Assembly (NCBI GenBank): GCA_002269645.1
Contig: NIVC01000179.1
Span: 110,111 to 174,110 of the forward strand
Length of the DNA: 64,000 bases
Source: Macrostomum lignano
Taxonomy: Eukaryota
Direction of reading: 5' to 3'
Shown here: positions 1 through 11,660 of the stretch, in pieces
How the letters are laid out: the number at the start of each line of letters is the position of its first letter
How positions within the stretch are numbered: the first letter of the stretch is position 1
The notes under the pieces: model-generated
The model's database searches: none
Told to the model about the DNA's origin: nothing
The model's input: the letters and a program-made list of their open reading frames with translations, nothing else
Made by a program: the position numbers and the translations under genes

Positions 1-423
1 GCAGCTCTCGGCTGCCGTGTGCAGCGGCGTCTCGCCGACATTTTCGCCATTATATTCGAAGCTTTCGTTATCACCGCTGCTGCCGCGATCTTCATCAGCG
101 TCGGTGAGGTCTGGGTCGGCGCCGCTGGCTAGTAAAAGGCGCAGACAGGCCGGCCGGCACTCAGGCGACACGGCCGCGTGCAGCAGGCGGCGCCGGCAAC
201 GGCGCCCGATGAGGTCGGCGTCCTCGCAAGCTGCACAGGGCGCGTTGGGATCGCCGCCGCTACGCAAAAGCTTTTCAAGGGCGTCGGCATCGTCCAGCTG
301 GACGGCCGCGTGCATGCGGGATGCGAGATCGGCCTGCTGCATGATAATGCGATACGGCTGGGTCTGCACTGCCTTCTGCTGCTTCAAATAGCTGGCAGAG
401 AAGACGGAGCGCCGACATGACAT
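1..423 (-). CDS. Ankyrin-repeat protein, 5' part (runs off left edge of window)
   Basis: Hand translation of the minus strand from ATG 423 (alternative ATG 342) is open to base 1: ...MHAAVQLDDADALEKLLRSGGDPNA...LLHAAVSPECRPACLRLLLASGADPDLTD...GETPLHTAAESC. These are canonical ankyrin motifs (LLxxGADPN, GxTPLHxAA). Absent from the ORF track because it has no stop in the window. Confidence 0.88.
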   Translation of the reverse strand, partial: MSCRRSVFSASYLKQQKAVQTQPYRIIMQQADLASRMHAAVQLDDADALEKLLRSGGDPNAPCAACEDADLIGRRCRRRLLHAAVSPECRPACLRLLLASGADPDLTDADEDRGSSGDNESFEYNGENVGETPLHTAAESC

Positions 424-448
424 GCACTGCTACAATTCTTTTGCGCGG

Positions 449-456
449 GCCAATCA
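449..456. promoter_or_regulatory. CCAAT box (GCCAATCA) just upstream of the ankyrin gene start
   Basis: Sequence gccaatca about 30 bp upstream of ATG 423 matches the NF-Y consensus; position only, no functional data. Confidence 0.3.
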
Positions 457-511
457 CAGCACTTCCAGCAAAGGCAGCCTGCACTGTTAAATTTTTACTT
501 GCCACACTGGC

Positions 512-1770
512 TTTGTCTCCCCATCGAGCTCCGCTGTCTGCCCACCGAGCTCCCCTTCTCCTTGTCGAGCTCCGCTGACTCCCCATCGAGCTCCCCTTCT
601 TCTTGTCGAGCTCCGCTGTCTCCTCACCGATTTCCCCTTCTCCCCATCGAGCTCCGCTGACTCCCCATCGAGCTCCCCTTCTTCTTGTCGAGCTCCGCTG
701 TCTCCTCACCGATTTCCCCTTCTCCCAATCGAGCTCCGCCGTCTGCCCATCGAGCTCCGCTGTCTCCCCATCGAGCTCCGCTGTCTCCCCATCGAGCTCC
801 GCTGTCTCCCCATCGAGCTCCACCCTTCCCCCGATAAGAGCTCCGCTGTCTCCCCACCGAGCTTCGCAGTCTCCTCATCGAGCTCCGCTGTCTCCTCCCC
901 GATTTCCCCTTCTCCCCATCGAGCTCCGCTGACTCCCCATCGAGCTCCCCTTCTTCTTGTCGAGCTCCGCTGTCTCCTCACCGATTTCCCCTTCTCCCAA
1001 TCGAGCTCCACCGTCTGCCCATCGAGCTCCGCTTTCTCCCCATCGAGCTCCGCTGTCTCCCCATCGAGCTCCGCTGTCTCCCCATCGAGCTCCGCTGTCT
1101 GCCCATCGAGCTCCGCTGTCTCCCCATCGAGCTCCGCTTTCTCCCCATCGAGCTCCGCTGTCTCCCCATCGAGCTCCGCTGTCTCCCCATCGAGCTCCAG
1201 CCTTCCCCCGATAAGAGCTCCGCTGTCTCCCCACCGAGCTTCGCAGTCTCCTCATCGAGCTCCGCTGTCTCCTCACCGATTTCCCCTTCTCCCAATCGAG
1301 CTCCGCCGTCTGCCCATCGAGCTCCGCTGTCTCCCCATCGAGCTCCGCTGTCTCCCCATCGAGCTCCACCCTTCCCCCGATAAGAGCTCCGCTGTCTCCC
1401 CACCGAGCTTCGCAGTCTCCTCATCGAGCTCCGCTGTCTCCTCCCCGATCTCCCCTTCCCCGATAAGAGCTCCGCTGTCTCCCCATCGAGCTCCGCTGTC
1501 TCCCCATCGAGCTCCGCTGTCTGCCCATCGAGCTCCGCTGTCTCCCCATCGAGCTCCGCTTTCTCCCATCGAGCTCCGCTGTCTCCCCATCGAGCTCCGC
1601 TGTCTCCTCCCCGATCTCCCCTTCCCCGATAAGAGCTCCGCTGTCTCCCCATCGAGCTCCGCTGTCTCCCCATCGAGCTCCGCTGTCTCCCCATCGAGCT
1701 CCGCTGTCTCCCCACCGAGCTTCGCAGTCTCCTCATCGAGCTCCGCTGTCTCGTCATCCAGCTTCATTGT
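512..1770. repeat. ~21-bp minisatellite (CCCCATCGAGCTCCGCTGTCT) with variant units and higher-order blocks
   Basis: Direct tandem repeat with GAGCTC in nearly every unit; accounts for the repetitive ORFs 275-1767. Confidence 0.97.
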
Positions 1771-2029
1771 CTCCCCATCATATCGCTTTGTTGTTGCTTA
1801 CTATTTTTCAAACGTCACCCGGACTATAGTATCAGCTTTATATTTGGCGGAACTTACTTTTATCCCATAGACAAAGTGCTGTTCCAATTTCCCTAATATG
1901 TCGCGTAGGTCTTATATTCGCTAGAAAGTATCGATTCAGTAGTTTGTCTGACCAACGAGTGCAATCAGATCTGAGAAAGGACTCAAACAGATCAGTCATC
2001 AACAGCCAGCCCATCACCGCACCGTCCCC

Positions 2030-2629
2030 ATGGCGCACTTCACTCAACCGGACTGCTGGTGCGCCAGCCTCGACGATGAGATGTGCGAGAGCGACGAGGT
2101 CGAGCGGGCCGCCTCGGCCGGGGCTCTGCACAATTTCTACCCGCTGGAGGCCAATCTGTACCCCGGCGAGCGGATGCTGCGGCCCTTCCCCGGCCTGCTG
2201 CTGTGGGACGTCCGGGATCCACCTGGGCCTCTGGGCTGCAGCATCGCTTATGTGCCGCCGCCGCTGGGCTGGACCACCCTGTACACCAACGCCGGCCTCC
2301 AGCTGCATGTCTGGGTTGGTGACATGCGGCCGCAGGCTCAGGACACTATGGCGGCGTCGGGCGGAGCCGCTGTGACCGCCGCAGCTTTGTCGTCGTCGAC
2401 GTCGGCGTCTGGCGCCGGCTGGCGACCGCCCGCGGGCACCCTGCTGCCGAACTGCAACGGCCAGACCCAGGTGGTTGGCCTGAACCTGCCGCCCGCGCCG
2501 CCGGTGCACGAGCACCGCTGCATCGCCTGCGGCCGGCGGGGCCTCAATGTCGACGTTGTGCCGATCGGAGGAAGCGGCGGCGCCGGCGGCTGCGTCGGCG
2601 GCGGCCGGATGGGCGACCAGCAGAGATGA
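2030..2629 (+). CDS. Hypothetical single-exon protein, 199 aa
   Basis: ATG-to-TGA ORF in a sharply GC-rich island with C/G-ending codons, flanked by AT-richer DNA. Globular-looking N-terminal half and Ala/Ser/Gly-rich C-terminal half. No family recognised. Confidence 0.65.
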   Translation: MAHFTQPDCWCASLDDEMCESDEVERAASAGALHNFYPLEANLYPGERMLRPFPGLLLWDVRDPPGPLGCSIAYVPPPLGWTTLYTNAGLQLHVWVGDMRPQAQDTMAASGGAAVTAAALSSSTSASGAGWRPPAGTLLPNCNGQTQVVGLNLPPAPPVHEHRCIACGRRGLNVDVVPIGGSGGAGGCVGGGRMGDQQR

Positions 2630-3702
2630 CGGACAGACTGGCTTGAATAGTGCTGATCGGAGAGACTGCCATTGCTGTTTTTGTCAGTGCGCAGAGTTCG
2701 TTAGGCTCTGAGTAGCACTAGCGGGTTACTGTGGTCCCAAGGCCGATAATTAGGAGTCGCCATGTTAGCCGTTCTTTCAAAGCTTACTATGAGAAGGGTT
2801 TAGTTCGTAGCTCAACCATACGGGCCAATTTCTTGCTGGTACGATGTAGGGCCTTGTGAGTCATATCTACAAGTCTGCATGCGTTTCTCAAAGTAAGTGT
2901 CTGGGAAAACACAAAAGCAAGAATTTGCTTTTAAAGTACATCAGCAATCGGTAAAGTACATCAGAAATTGTTAAATCTGCTGTCAAACGTGTAGTTAGCG
3001 ATCATGAAATTGGCTTAAGTGTTATAAGCAATGGCCCAGATAGTAGTGAAATGAAGTCGCCCATTTTAAGTATGCCTGTGTACTTTATTACTTTAGTTTG
3101 TACTTTTCCAAGCAGAATGCTTTTAATAGATAGGCTGCTAAAAATATTGATTTTACTGTTAGAAAAGCGTGCAGTTTTGCAGCAAGTTATAGCACAGTGT
3201 ACTTTTTAACCATTGCGTTTTTCTCTATTCATTCGAACGCGAACTAAAATTCTTTTAGCACTACTGCAAGTAGGCTGTCGGAATTTTTAAAGGAAAATTC
3301 GTGATTGGCTTTTAATCGCAGTGCGCTTATTAAAACTGGGTGAACTGGAGAACAAAGGCTGCCCCCCACCCCTATCTGGGGTTGGGGTTGGAGCCGAATG
3401 AGCCGAAAGAAATTCATTAAAATATCCCTGCGACAGATGGGCCGGGCTTCTCTGTGTGTTCGAGGATCGTGGATAATTGCCGTCCCGCCGAACAGCCAAT
3501 ATTAGAGGGAAATGCCATCTATCTTTGGGTCCCCATCGGTTATCCCAGCAGCCCCGGGTCTGTGCTGTGCTGCCTGCAGAGGGGAACCTGCACCTGCTTT
3601 TTATAATCGATTGATGATCGAGTTGCCAATTCACCTGAACTGAGTATAGGCCTGCAAGTTCCACAGCCTCAATATTCAGATATTGAATTCACAATTCCCA
3701 AG

Positions 3703-5300
3703 CTTCACAACCCCCAGAATTCATAAACTCCACAATACGAGTATAACCACAGAATTTTACAATCCTGAAATTTTTAAATCCATAAACTTCACAAAACCAA
3801 AGCTTCACAACCTCAAAGTTTCACAACCCCAAAGTTTTACAACCCCAAAGTTTCACAATCCCAAATTTTCACAACTCCAAAGTTTCACAATCCCAAAGTT
3901 TCACAACCCCAAAGTCTCACAGCCTCAGTTTCACAATCCCAAAGTTTCACAACCAAAGTTCCACAAGCTCAAAGTTTCACAACCCTAAAGTTTCACAACC
4001 CCAAAGTTTCACAGCCTCAGTTTCACAATCCCAAAGTTTCACAACCCCAAAGTTTCACAGCCTCAGTTTCACAATCCCAAAGTTTCACAACCCAAAGTTT
4101 CACAACCCTAAAGTTTCACAACCTCAGTTTCACAATCCCAAAGTTTCACAACCCCAAAGTTTCACAACCCCAAAGTTTCACAGCCTCAGTTTCACAATCC
4201 CAAAGTTTCACAACCAAAGTTCCACAAGCTCAAAGTTTCACAACCCTAAAGTTTCACAACCCCAAAGTTTCACAGCCTCAGTTTCACAATCCCAAAGTTT
4301 CACAACCCAAAGTTTCACAACCCTAAAGTTTCACAACCTCAGTTTCACAATCCCAAAGTTTCACAACCCCAAAGTTTCACAACCCCAAAGTTTCACAGCC
4401 TCAGTTTCACAATCCCAAAGTTTCACAACCCTAAAGTTTCACAACCCTAAAGTTTCACAACCCTAAAGTTTCACAACCTCAAAGTCTAACAACTCCAAAG
4501 CTTCACAACCCCAAAGTTTCACAGCCTCAGTTTCACAATCCCAAAGTTTCACAACTCCAAAATTTCACAACTCCAAAATTTCACAACCCCAAAGTTTCAC
4601 AACCCAAAGTTTCACAACCCCAAAGTTTCACAATCCCAAAGTTTCACAATCCCAAAGTTTCACAACCCCAAAGTTTCACAACCCCAAAGTTTCACAATCC
4701 CAAAGTTTCACAACCCCAAATTTTCACAACCCCAAAGTTTCACAACCCCAAAGTTTCACAACCCAAAGTTTCACAACCTCAAAGTTTCACAATCCCAAAG
4801 TTTCACAATCCCAAAGTTTCACAACCCCAAAGTTTCACAACCCCAAAGTTTCACAATCCCAAAGTTTCACAACCCCAAATTTTCACAACCCCAAATTTTC
4901 ACAACCCCAAAGTTTCACAACCCCAAAGTTTCACAACCCAAAGTTTCACAACCCCAAAGTTTCACAATCCCAAAGTTTCACAACCCCAAATTTTCACAAC
5001 CCCAAAGTTTCACAACCCCAAAGTTTCACAACCCAAAGTTTCACAACCCCAAAGTTTCACAATCCCAAAGTTTCACAACCCCAAAGTTTCACAACCCCAA
5101 AGTTTCACAACCCAAAGTTTCACAACCCAAAGTTTCACAACCCCAAAGTTTCACAACCCAAAGTTTCACAACCCCAAAGTTTCACAATCCCAAAGTTTCA
5201 CAACCCCAAAGTTTCACAACCCCAAAGTTTCACAACCCCAAAGTTTCACAATCCCAAAGTTTCACAACCCCAAATTTTCACAACCTTGAAGTTTCACAAC
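3703..5300. repeat. 16-bp minisatellite (CCCCAAAGTTTCACAA)n, roughly 100 copies
   Basis: Direct tandem repeat with 15/16-bp variants. Confidence 0.97.
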
Positions 5301-6324
5301 GCTGCATAAAGGTTTGAGAAAACTCTTCAGTTCGATTGGGGGTATGAAGAAGCAGAATGTGTCCTGAATATAATTAGGCACGCAACCGGTTTTTATACCT
5401 TTACTAAAAAACAAGTCGGAAATGCCTTCAAAAGACTGCGAGAAAAATGGGAGTAAAAAATAAGACGGAATGCAAATCTTTTGAAAAGCAGAAAAGCTGC
5501 GGAAGCATCGCGTCGCGTCCTCCTTCTGGGTCGGCCGTTTGCTCGCGGGCTTATTAAATAATACGGGGTTAGAGAGTTCAAGCAGGACTGTATCGAAATT
5601 GCCTCAATGAGAATGGGCGGCGGGGCTGAGTAACGAAGGAACTCTTCTTTAATCAGAAAGCGGAGAGGAGAGAAATAGCAACTGCAAAACTGCACTGGGG
5701 CCCGGCTCTGATTTCACAAGATTTCAAGCCCCCCATTAGTTTGGCGATTTGCCAGATACAAATTCAGGGCATGGGAGGGGGTCGCAAACCACTCGGATTT
5801 TAAATCAGATATAATTAAAATCCTTGCGTATACCAGCGTACACTTTGGGAAATTTTGTGCTTGGCTAAAAATACCCCGTCGACTTAGATGAATAAGTTGC
5901 TGGTTGCGACTCCAAGACAGAGACAGACGCCCCAACTTTAATTTCATGTTGCCAGGCCGGCTTTTTGAGGCTTTTAGGATTCGTGTTTATACATACCCCC
6001 CAACCTCAGTTCCGTTTGTTTGAAGCATCGAAAGCCGGCCAGCTCCGAATCTTGGTGCTGACAAAGCGAAGAAGTCATAAAACTGTTGCTAATTTTACTT
6101 CTTCCTTTACGCCCGTTTTGGCTTTAAAGGCTTGTTATGCCGTTCTATTAATACCTGAGTTTCCAACTGAACTCGCTAAAATTAGCATTCCCACCCAACC
6201 GAAAATTCATCAGCCGCCACCAGCTATACATTCTGTGCCCTTCTCCTGGTGTTGCTGGTAAAAGAATAACAGAAAATAACAATGATAGAAAATAATTTTT
6301 GTTTGCTCAGCCTCAGCCATCTCA

Positions 6325-6635
6325 GCCAGAGGCGGTTGTATCCTAGTGGTCAGAGCGTCGGACTCACCTGAAGGTCGGGGGTTCGATTCCCGATCCCTTT
6401 TGAAACTATTTGTGTCCTTGAGCAAGACACTTAACTCTGCATTGCTTCAGTTCACCCAGCTGTAAAATGGGTGCCAGCATTAGCTGGGGTAATTGAGGCT
6501 GTGTGTGGCGACCCCCCAGTCCTTGGACTGAACAGCCGTACGCAGCCTTCAGATGCGCCGCGCAATAGCTGCGGCTGAGCTGTCGGTTGCACATCTGCAT
6601 ATTAGGGCGGTGTAATCAATTATTATAGTATTATT
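6325..6635 (+). mobile_element. tRNA-derived SINE with CORE (MIR-like) central domain
   Basis: Pol III A box (tagtggtcagagc) and B box (ggttcgattccc), then tgtgtccttgagcaagacacttaac...cagctgtaaaatggg resembling the CORE-SINE core from memory of the consensus, then an (ATT)-like tail. Confidence 0.8.
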
Positions 6636-7679
6636 ACCTAAGCCGGCAAAATGACAGATTTTCCAAGGATTCTTCCAGGAAGGATATTTCCAGGCCACCA
6701 TCGCTGTCTCAGTGCCTGCGCACTTTTCCCGACCCCCAGTCTAAATGAGCTGTGGGAAATTCGGTCGAAGTTAGTGCCAGAATTGGGAAGCCAAGTTGGG
6801 AAGAGCGGACGGGCAGTTCAAGGGCGCATTGGAGGAGGCACGCAGAGCCGAGAGGACGAGGGGAGAGCTGCTGAACAGTGTCACATGACGCCGTGGAATT
6901 GAAGGACTGGCGGGGGGGCTGGCGCGGGTCCCACTTCGCTGCGGGGTTACGTAATCCCCCCCCCCATTCAGCCAGAGGCCCTAGAAGAGAGAGAAGAGAG
7001 TTAGGGAGAAGATCTGGGCAAGGAAGGCCTGGCATTGTGTGGGAGGCAGCCCGTCTGCTTAGCTGGCTCGGGGGGACGGGCATAGAGTGACACCTGCAGT
7101 GCCTGGCGGGCGGCGAGGACACAGTTTTGGGGAAGCCTTCGGGTATGCGGGCCATGGGCTAAAGGACTGGGAGGCTGGGAGATGAAGATCAAAATAAGAG
7201 AGACGACAGGAGAAAGCAGCCAGTGGCGGGAGCGCAGCGGCCGCAGCCTTGAACTCCGGTTGACCCGACAGCCTCATTCCGCCTCCACGCCCAACCCCCC
7301 ATCTCTCTTCCCCATCGTGGAGTTCGATTTTGGAATTTGCCCGTTTCGATCGGCGCGAGGATTTTTGGGGGAAGAAAATACGAGGGGAAGAAATGAAAGC
7401 GCCAATTGCGATGGCTGATGAGTCATCGCCAGCAGCCCGCCACATCCCCCATGAATATAGTGAAGCCCGTGCTCCCCCTAGTTCAAGCAAATCCCAAAGC
7501 AGGAGCAGCCCTCCCGGAAAAATCCCATTCGGGACTTTGGATTGGGAGAAATCCACGGAAATATTTGGGATGCGAACTTCCTATAGAGGCCTCGCACTAG
7601 CTGGCTGAGGGGGCATCGAAGAAGGAGCGACAAAGACCAAGTTTTGGAACTCTCGCTGCAGATATGGGAAGAAGGAAGG

Positions 7680-8100
7680 TGAGATGAAGGGAAGTGAGGT
7701 GAGATAAATGGAAGTGAGGTGAAGGGAGGTGAGATGAATGAGGTGAGATGAAGGGAGCTGAGATGAAGGGAGCTGAGATGAAGGGAGCTGAGATGAAGGG
7801 AGCTGAGATGAAGGGAGCTGAGATGAAGGGAGCTGAGATGAAGGGAGCTGAGATGAAGGGAGCTGAGATGAAGGGAGCTGAGATGAAGGGAGCTGAGATG
7901 AAGGGAGCTGAGATGAAGGGAGCTGAGATGAAGGGAGCTGAGATGAAGGGAGCTGAGATGAAGGGAGCTGAGATGAAGGGAGCTGAGATGAAGGGAGCTG
8001 AGATGAAGGGAGCTGAGATGAAGGGAGCTGAGATGAAGGGAGCTGAGATGAAGGGAGCTGAGATGAAGGGAGCTGAGATGAAGGAAGCTGAGATGAAGGG
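7680..8100. repeat. 15-bp purine-rich minisatellite (GAGATGAAGGGAGCT)n
   Basis: About 25 near-perfect tandem copies; accounts for ORFs 7581-8206. Confidence 0.97.
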
Positions 8101-11100
8101 AATTGGGATGATGAGTAGTGAAAGCCCGAGGACAAGAGATGGAAAAAAATTAAAAACGCTATCACACATGATAAATATACTTTGTATGTGCAAAATTTTC
8201 TGTTAACACGTTTTTTCTCTTCCGCGTAACTGGGGCATCACCAACCATGCTTCCTTCCTATCCCGATTTCTAGCTCGAGTTGTCCTTGACTTAGAGATCT
8301 TATTTGAAACAAAGCCTGTAGGCGCCCGCCCAACCCTCCGCAGCGTTCCTTCCGCCTGAACAAACACGTGACTCTTGTGTCCCAGTTCGGGGCTAGCTAA
8401 AATTCTAACAGAATTTTCTTCCTATAAATGGGAAAACAGGGGGCGGTATACAAACAGAAATTGGGAGAGTCTTTGTCCGAACTGCTGACTAATTGCGCTC
8501 CACGTCTTGCGAAGGTCCGAATCCGCACAAAGCTTTGGAGTCCCGACAGCTTGGGCTCTGTCTGGGCAGTTGGCCTTAACGTTTCTCGAATGGCCTAACT
8601 TATATGTATGTAAACTGACTTCTAATACAGCATACTCTGGGATATTTATTCCCTTCGATAAGAGATCTCGCTAGTAATTAAGGAATATTGAGGAAGACAT
8701 GAAAAAAGAAGAGACCGTCAATATTCGGGCGGAGTAAAAGGAAGGTAAAAAATCTGAAGTTAGCCATTAACCTGCGCATGCAGCAATTGCGCTCGCTGCA
8801 GCACAGGTGCAGGCAGTGGGGCAGGCCGGTGTAGCAACAATGCTTCCTCGAACAGAAACCATAGGCAGTCGTAGGGGGGGGGCGCAAACTGGGCTGGCGG
8901 AGTCTGAAAATCGGGTCCCGCCTTGACCAGCCTCCCCACCGCGGAGGCTGCAAATTGCTTCTAATGGAAAGCCAGTCGTGGAGGGGGGAACTGGCAAGTT
9001 CCAACCTTCCAAGTTCCAACCTCCACCAATCCTGTAGTCTCTGCAGCTTTACTTTTCTGTAGGAAAGTAAAGGAATGAAATTACAGAAATGAAGCTCGCA
9101 TTTTATATAGTTGAAGAAATCTGGCTGCTTTCGTAAAGAAATTTTCAGCTGACGCAACGTCGGGGCCCAATTATTGGAACTTTGCATCCTCCTTGTGCCC
9201 CCGGGTTTTTTGTGATGAAGCCAACATTTTGCCATTTTATTGCTTCTCTTGCTCACATATAACTCGGCCCACACGAACGGTGGTAAAGGCGGTGGGATTG
9301 AAAGTCTTGTAAAGTCTTGTCACCACACCTTACCACTCTTTGTTACATGCACTCGCCCCCTTTTTGCCTCAAATTTTCTGTTGCGCCCAATGCAGGACCA
9401 GAGCCGATGAGTCACGATCTGTTCTTTCTAACCATTTTTTCCATGCCACTACAAGTCTGCAAGCCACCTCGGAGTCGGGGCGCTTTCACAAATCACAAGA
9501 TCTAAATTTTCAAGTCGCCGAAACTTTAGACGACCCAGCCAGCTGTCGCACTCGTTGGAACTGAAGTTCACATCGCCTAAATGCCTAAAAACGTTAACAT
9601 CATGAAATCGCATGTACAAACCACTGAGACAAACCCTGAGACAAATTGTGCAGAAGTAAGGACTGATATCTAATAATTTAAGCAATTAGGCTATTTGAAG
9701 TTTTGGCGATGTGAAATGAAGGTTTTATGAAATTCCCAACCTGTCGAGTCTCAGCTCATCTCCCATGCGGACGTACCAGGAAGCCCTGAGAAAAGTCATG
9801 GTGATTACAGTGATAGGAATTCTGAAAGAAACTGATTCATACATAGCAGATCAATCAGCCATCCATCAAATGATCTTACGATCTTCGTAGGACAAAGGAA
9901 GTCGCTTAGTATGGTTGATTGACATGATGAAAACTGAACTGTAACATCCGTCGTCTGCCAAAATCCTAGAGGGACACGGGTGGGCCGAACTGATATTGCT
10001 TATACGATTACGAATGACTAAAATGAAGGCTGCGTCACGTTCTAAAAATAGCATCACACGACATCTCCATTAGTAATTCATATATGCTTTACTATGCTAT
10101 ACTTTGTTCGGCATGACTGCCCTACCGATAAGGCGGAAAACTCTCAGTCCTGCTGGGGGTTGGTTCGATTCGAATTAATCAGAATTTTCTCTGCCTTATT
10201 TATGGCTTTTCGATGCAGAACGCACTGGTGGAGCCGCCAAGAATGAATCTCTCAGGAGAAGGAAGAGCGCATTTATAAATATGTTTCGCGTTAAGGGTAA
10301 AGGAGCTGATATACATAAGTGCAGCCATTCAAATCGCCTGAACTTCCACATTTAGCACTTTTCGCAGTCCAATTCAAAGACTTGCTGCTTTGCTGTCTGT
10401 CTATCTGCTTTGCTGTCTGTCTATCTGTCGCATGCGCGAAATATAATTATTAGTGTAGCAATTGTGCATTAGCTGGTCCGCATGGCATGCGTTGCCTCGG
10501 TGCCTGTTCCTGCCTTAATAACAGAGCCGCAGACACGGAAATGCGAGCTACACTGCCGCTATCGCTGCGCACAGGCACATGCACTACACACACATACACA
10601 CACTGATACACAGGCTGCACCGCTCTACCGAAAGATAACCAAGCACTGAGTGCATGGCGGCTCGATGCGTTCGGTTTAGCTGAGCTCGCCGAATCGCTCA
10701 ACTGACCGAAGGATCGAGTTGAATCGAGAGAGAGAGAAAGAGAGATCAGAGTGCGCGGGTGGGGACTGTGGAATTAAATTTATGTCAGGGAATGACTATT
10801 TTTTTCAATGCGAATTTCGCAATTTCAGTATACTACGGCACCGCAGCTACATGACTGGCATGCATGAGTTCAGTTGCTTGTTATCTCAAAATTGTTGAGC
10901 TTTGCGTAAGCATACTCACAGTGCGTTGTAGAGGAAAACAAACCAAATTTACCAAGCACATCTGGAGCGATTTTTGCTGACTAGAACTTTTTGTATGTAC
11001 TAGCACGATTAGGACATGCTGGTGTCTCCTGACTCCTAATATCCATGCGATTCAGAATGAGTCAGCTGAGCTCAGTCACAGGTTTCTCACCAAAATTGTG

Positions 11101-11134
11101 AAAATCAGGATTGGATCCTGGCTCTTTCTGTGTC

Positions 11135-11660
11135 AGATTCTGTGAAGCTATATCAGATACTGCCAACCCCTGTGTCAGATGCTGTCAAACTATGTCAAGT
11201 AGACACTGCCAAGTGCCAACCCCTGTGTCAGATGCTGTCAAACTATGTCAGATACTGCCAACCCCTGTGTCAGATGCTGTCAAGCTATATCAGATACTGC
11301 CAACCCCTGTGTCAGATGCTGTCAAGCTATGTCAGATACTGCCAACCCCTGTGTCAGATGCTGTCGTCATGTGTCAGATGCTGTCAAACTATGTCAGATA
11401 CTGCTAACCCCTGTGTCAGATGCTGTCGTCATGTGTCAGATGCTGTCAAACTATGTCAGGTACTGCCAACCCCTGTGTCAGATGCTGTCAAACTATGTCA
11501 GATACTGCCAACCCCTGTGTCAGATGCTGTCGTCATGTGTCAGATGCTGTCAAACTATGTCAGGTACTGCCAACCCCTGTGTCAGATGCTGTCAAACTAT
11601 GTCAGATACTGCCAACCCCTGTGTCAGATGCCGTCGCCATGTGTCAGCTGCTGTCGCTCT
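11135..11660. repeat. Compound minisatellite (~42-bp CCAACCCCTGTGTCAGATGCTGTCAAACTATGTCAGATACTG and variants)
   Basis: Direct tandem repeat; accounts for the Cys-rich ORFs 11111-11705. Confidence 0.95.

Noticed and set aside
17-420. Plus-strand ORFs 17-391 and 178-420
   Set aside because: Shadows of the minus-strand ankyrin CDS.
275-1767. Multiple 100-260-aa ORFs (ELDGETA, RWGDSGA, SMGRQRS repeats)
   Set aside because: Translations of the 21-bp minisatellite in several frames and both strands; no unique coding content.
6325-6405. tRNA gene
   Set aside because: Has A and B boxes but no complete cloverleaf or acceptor stem, and runs into a SINE core and tail.
7581-8206. MKGAE / PSSQL / FISAP repeat proteins
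   Set aside because: 15-bp tandem repeat open in several frames; no splice or start context.
9449-10701. Possible minus-strand multi-exon gene
   Set aside because: Short coding-like pieces exist, but I could not join them in phase or recognise a motif.
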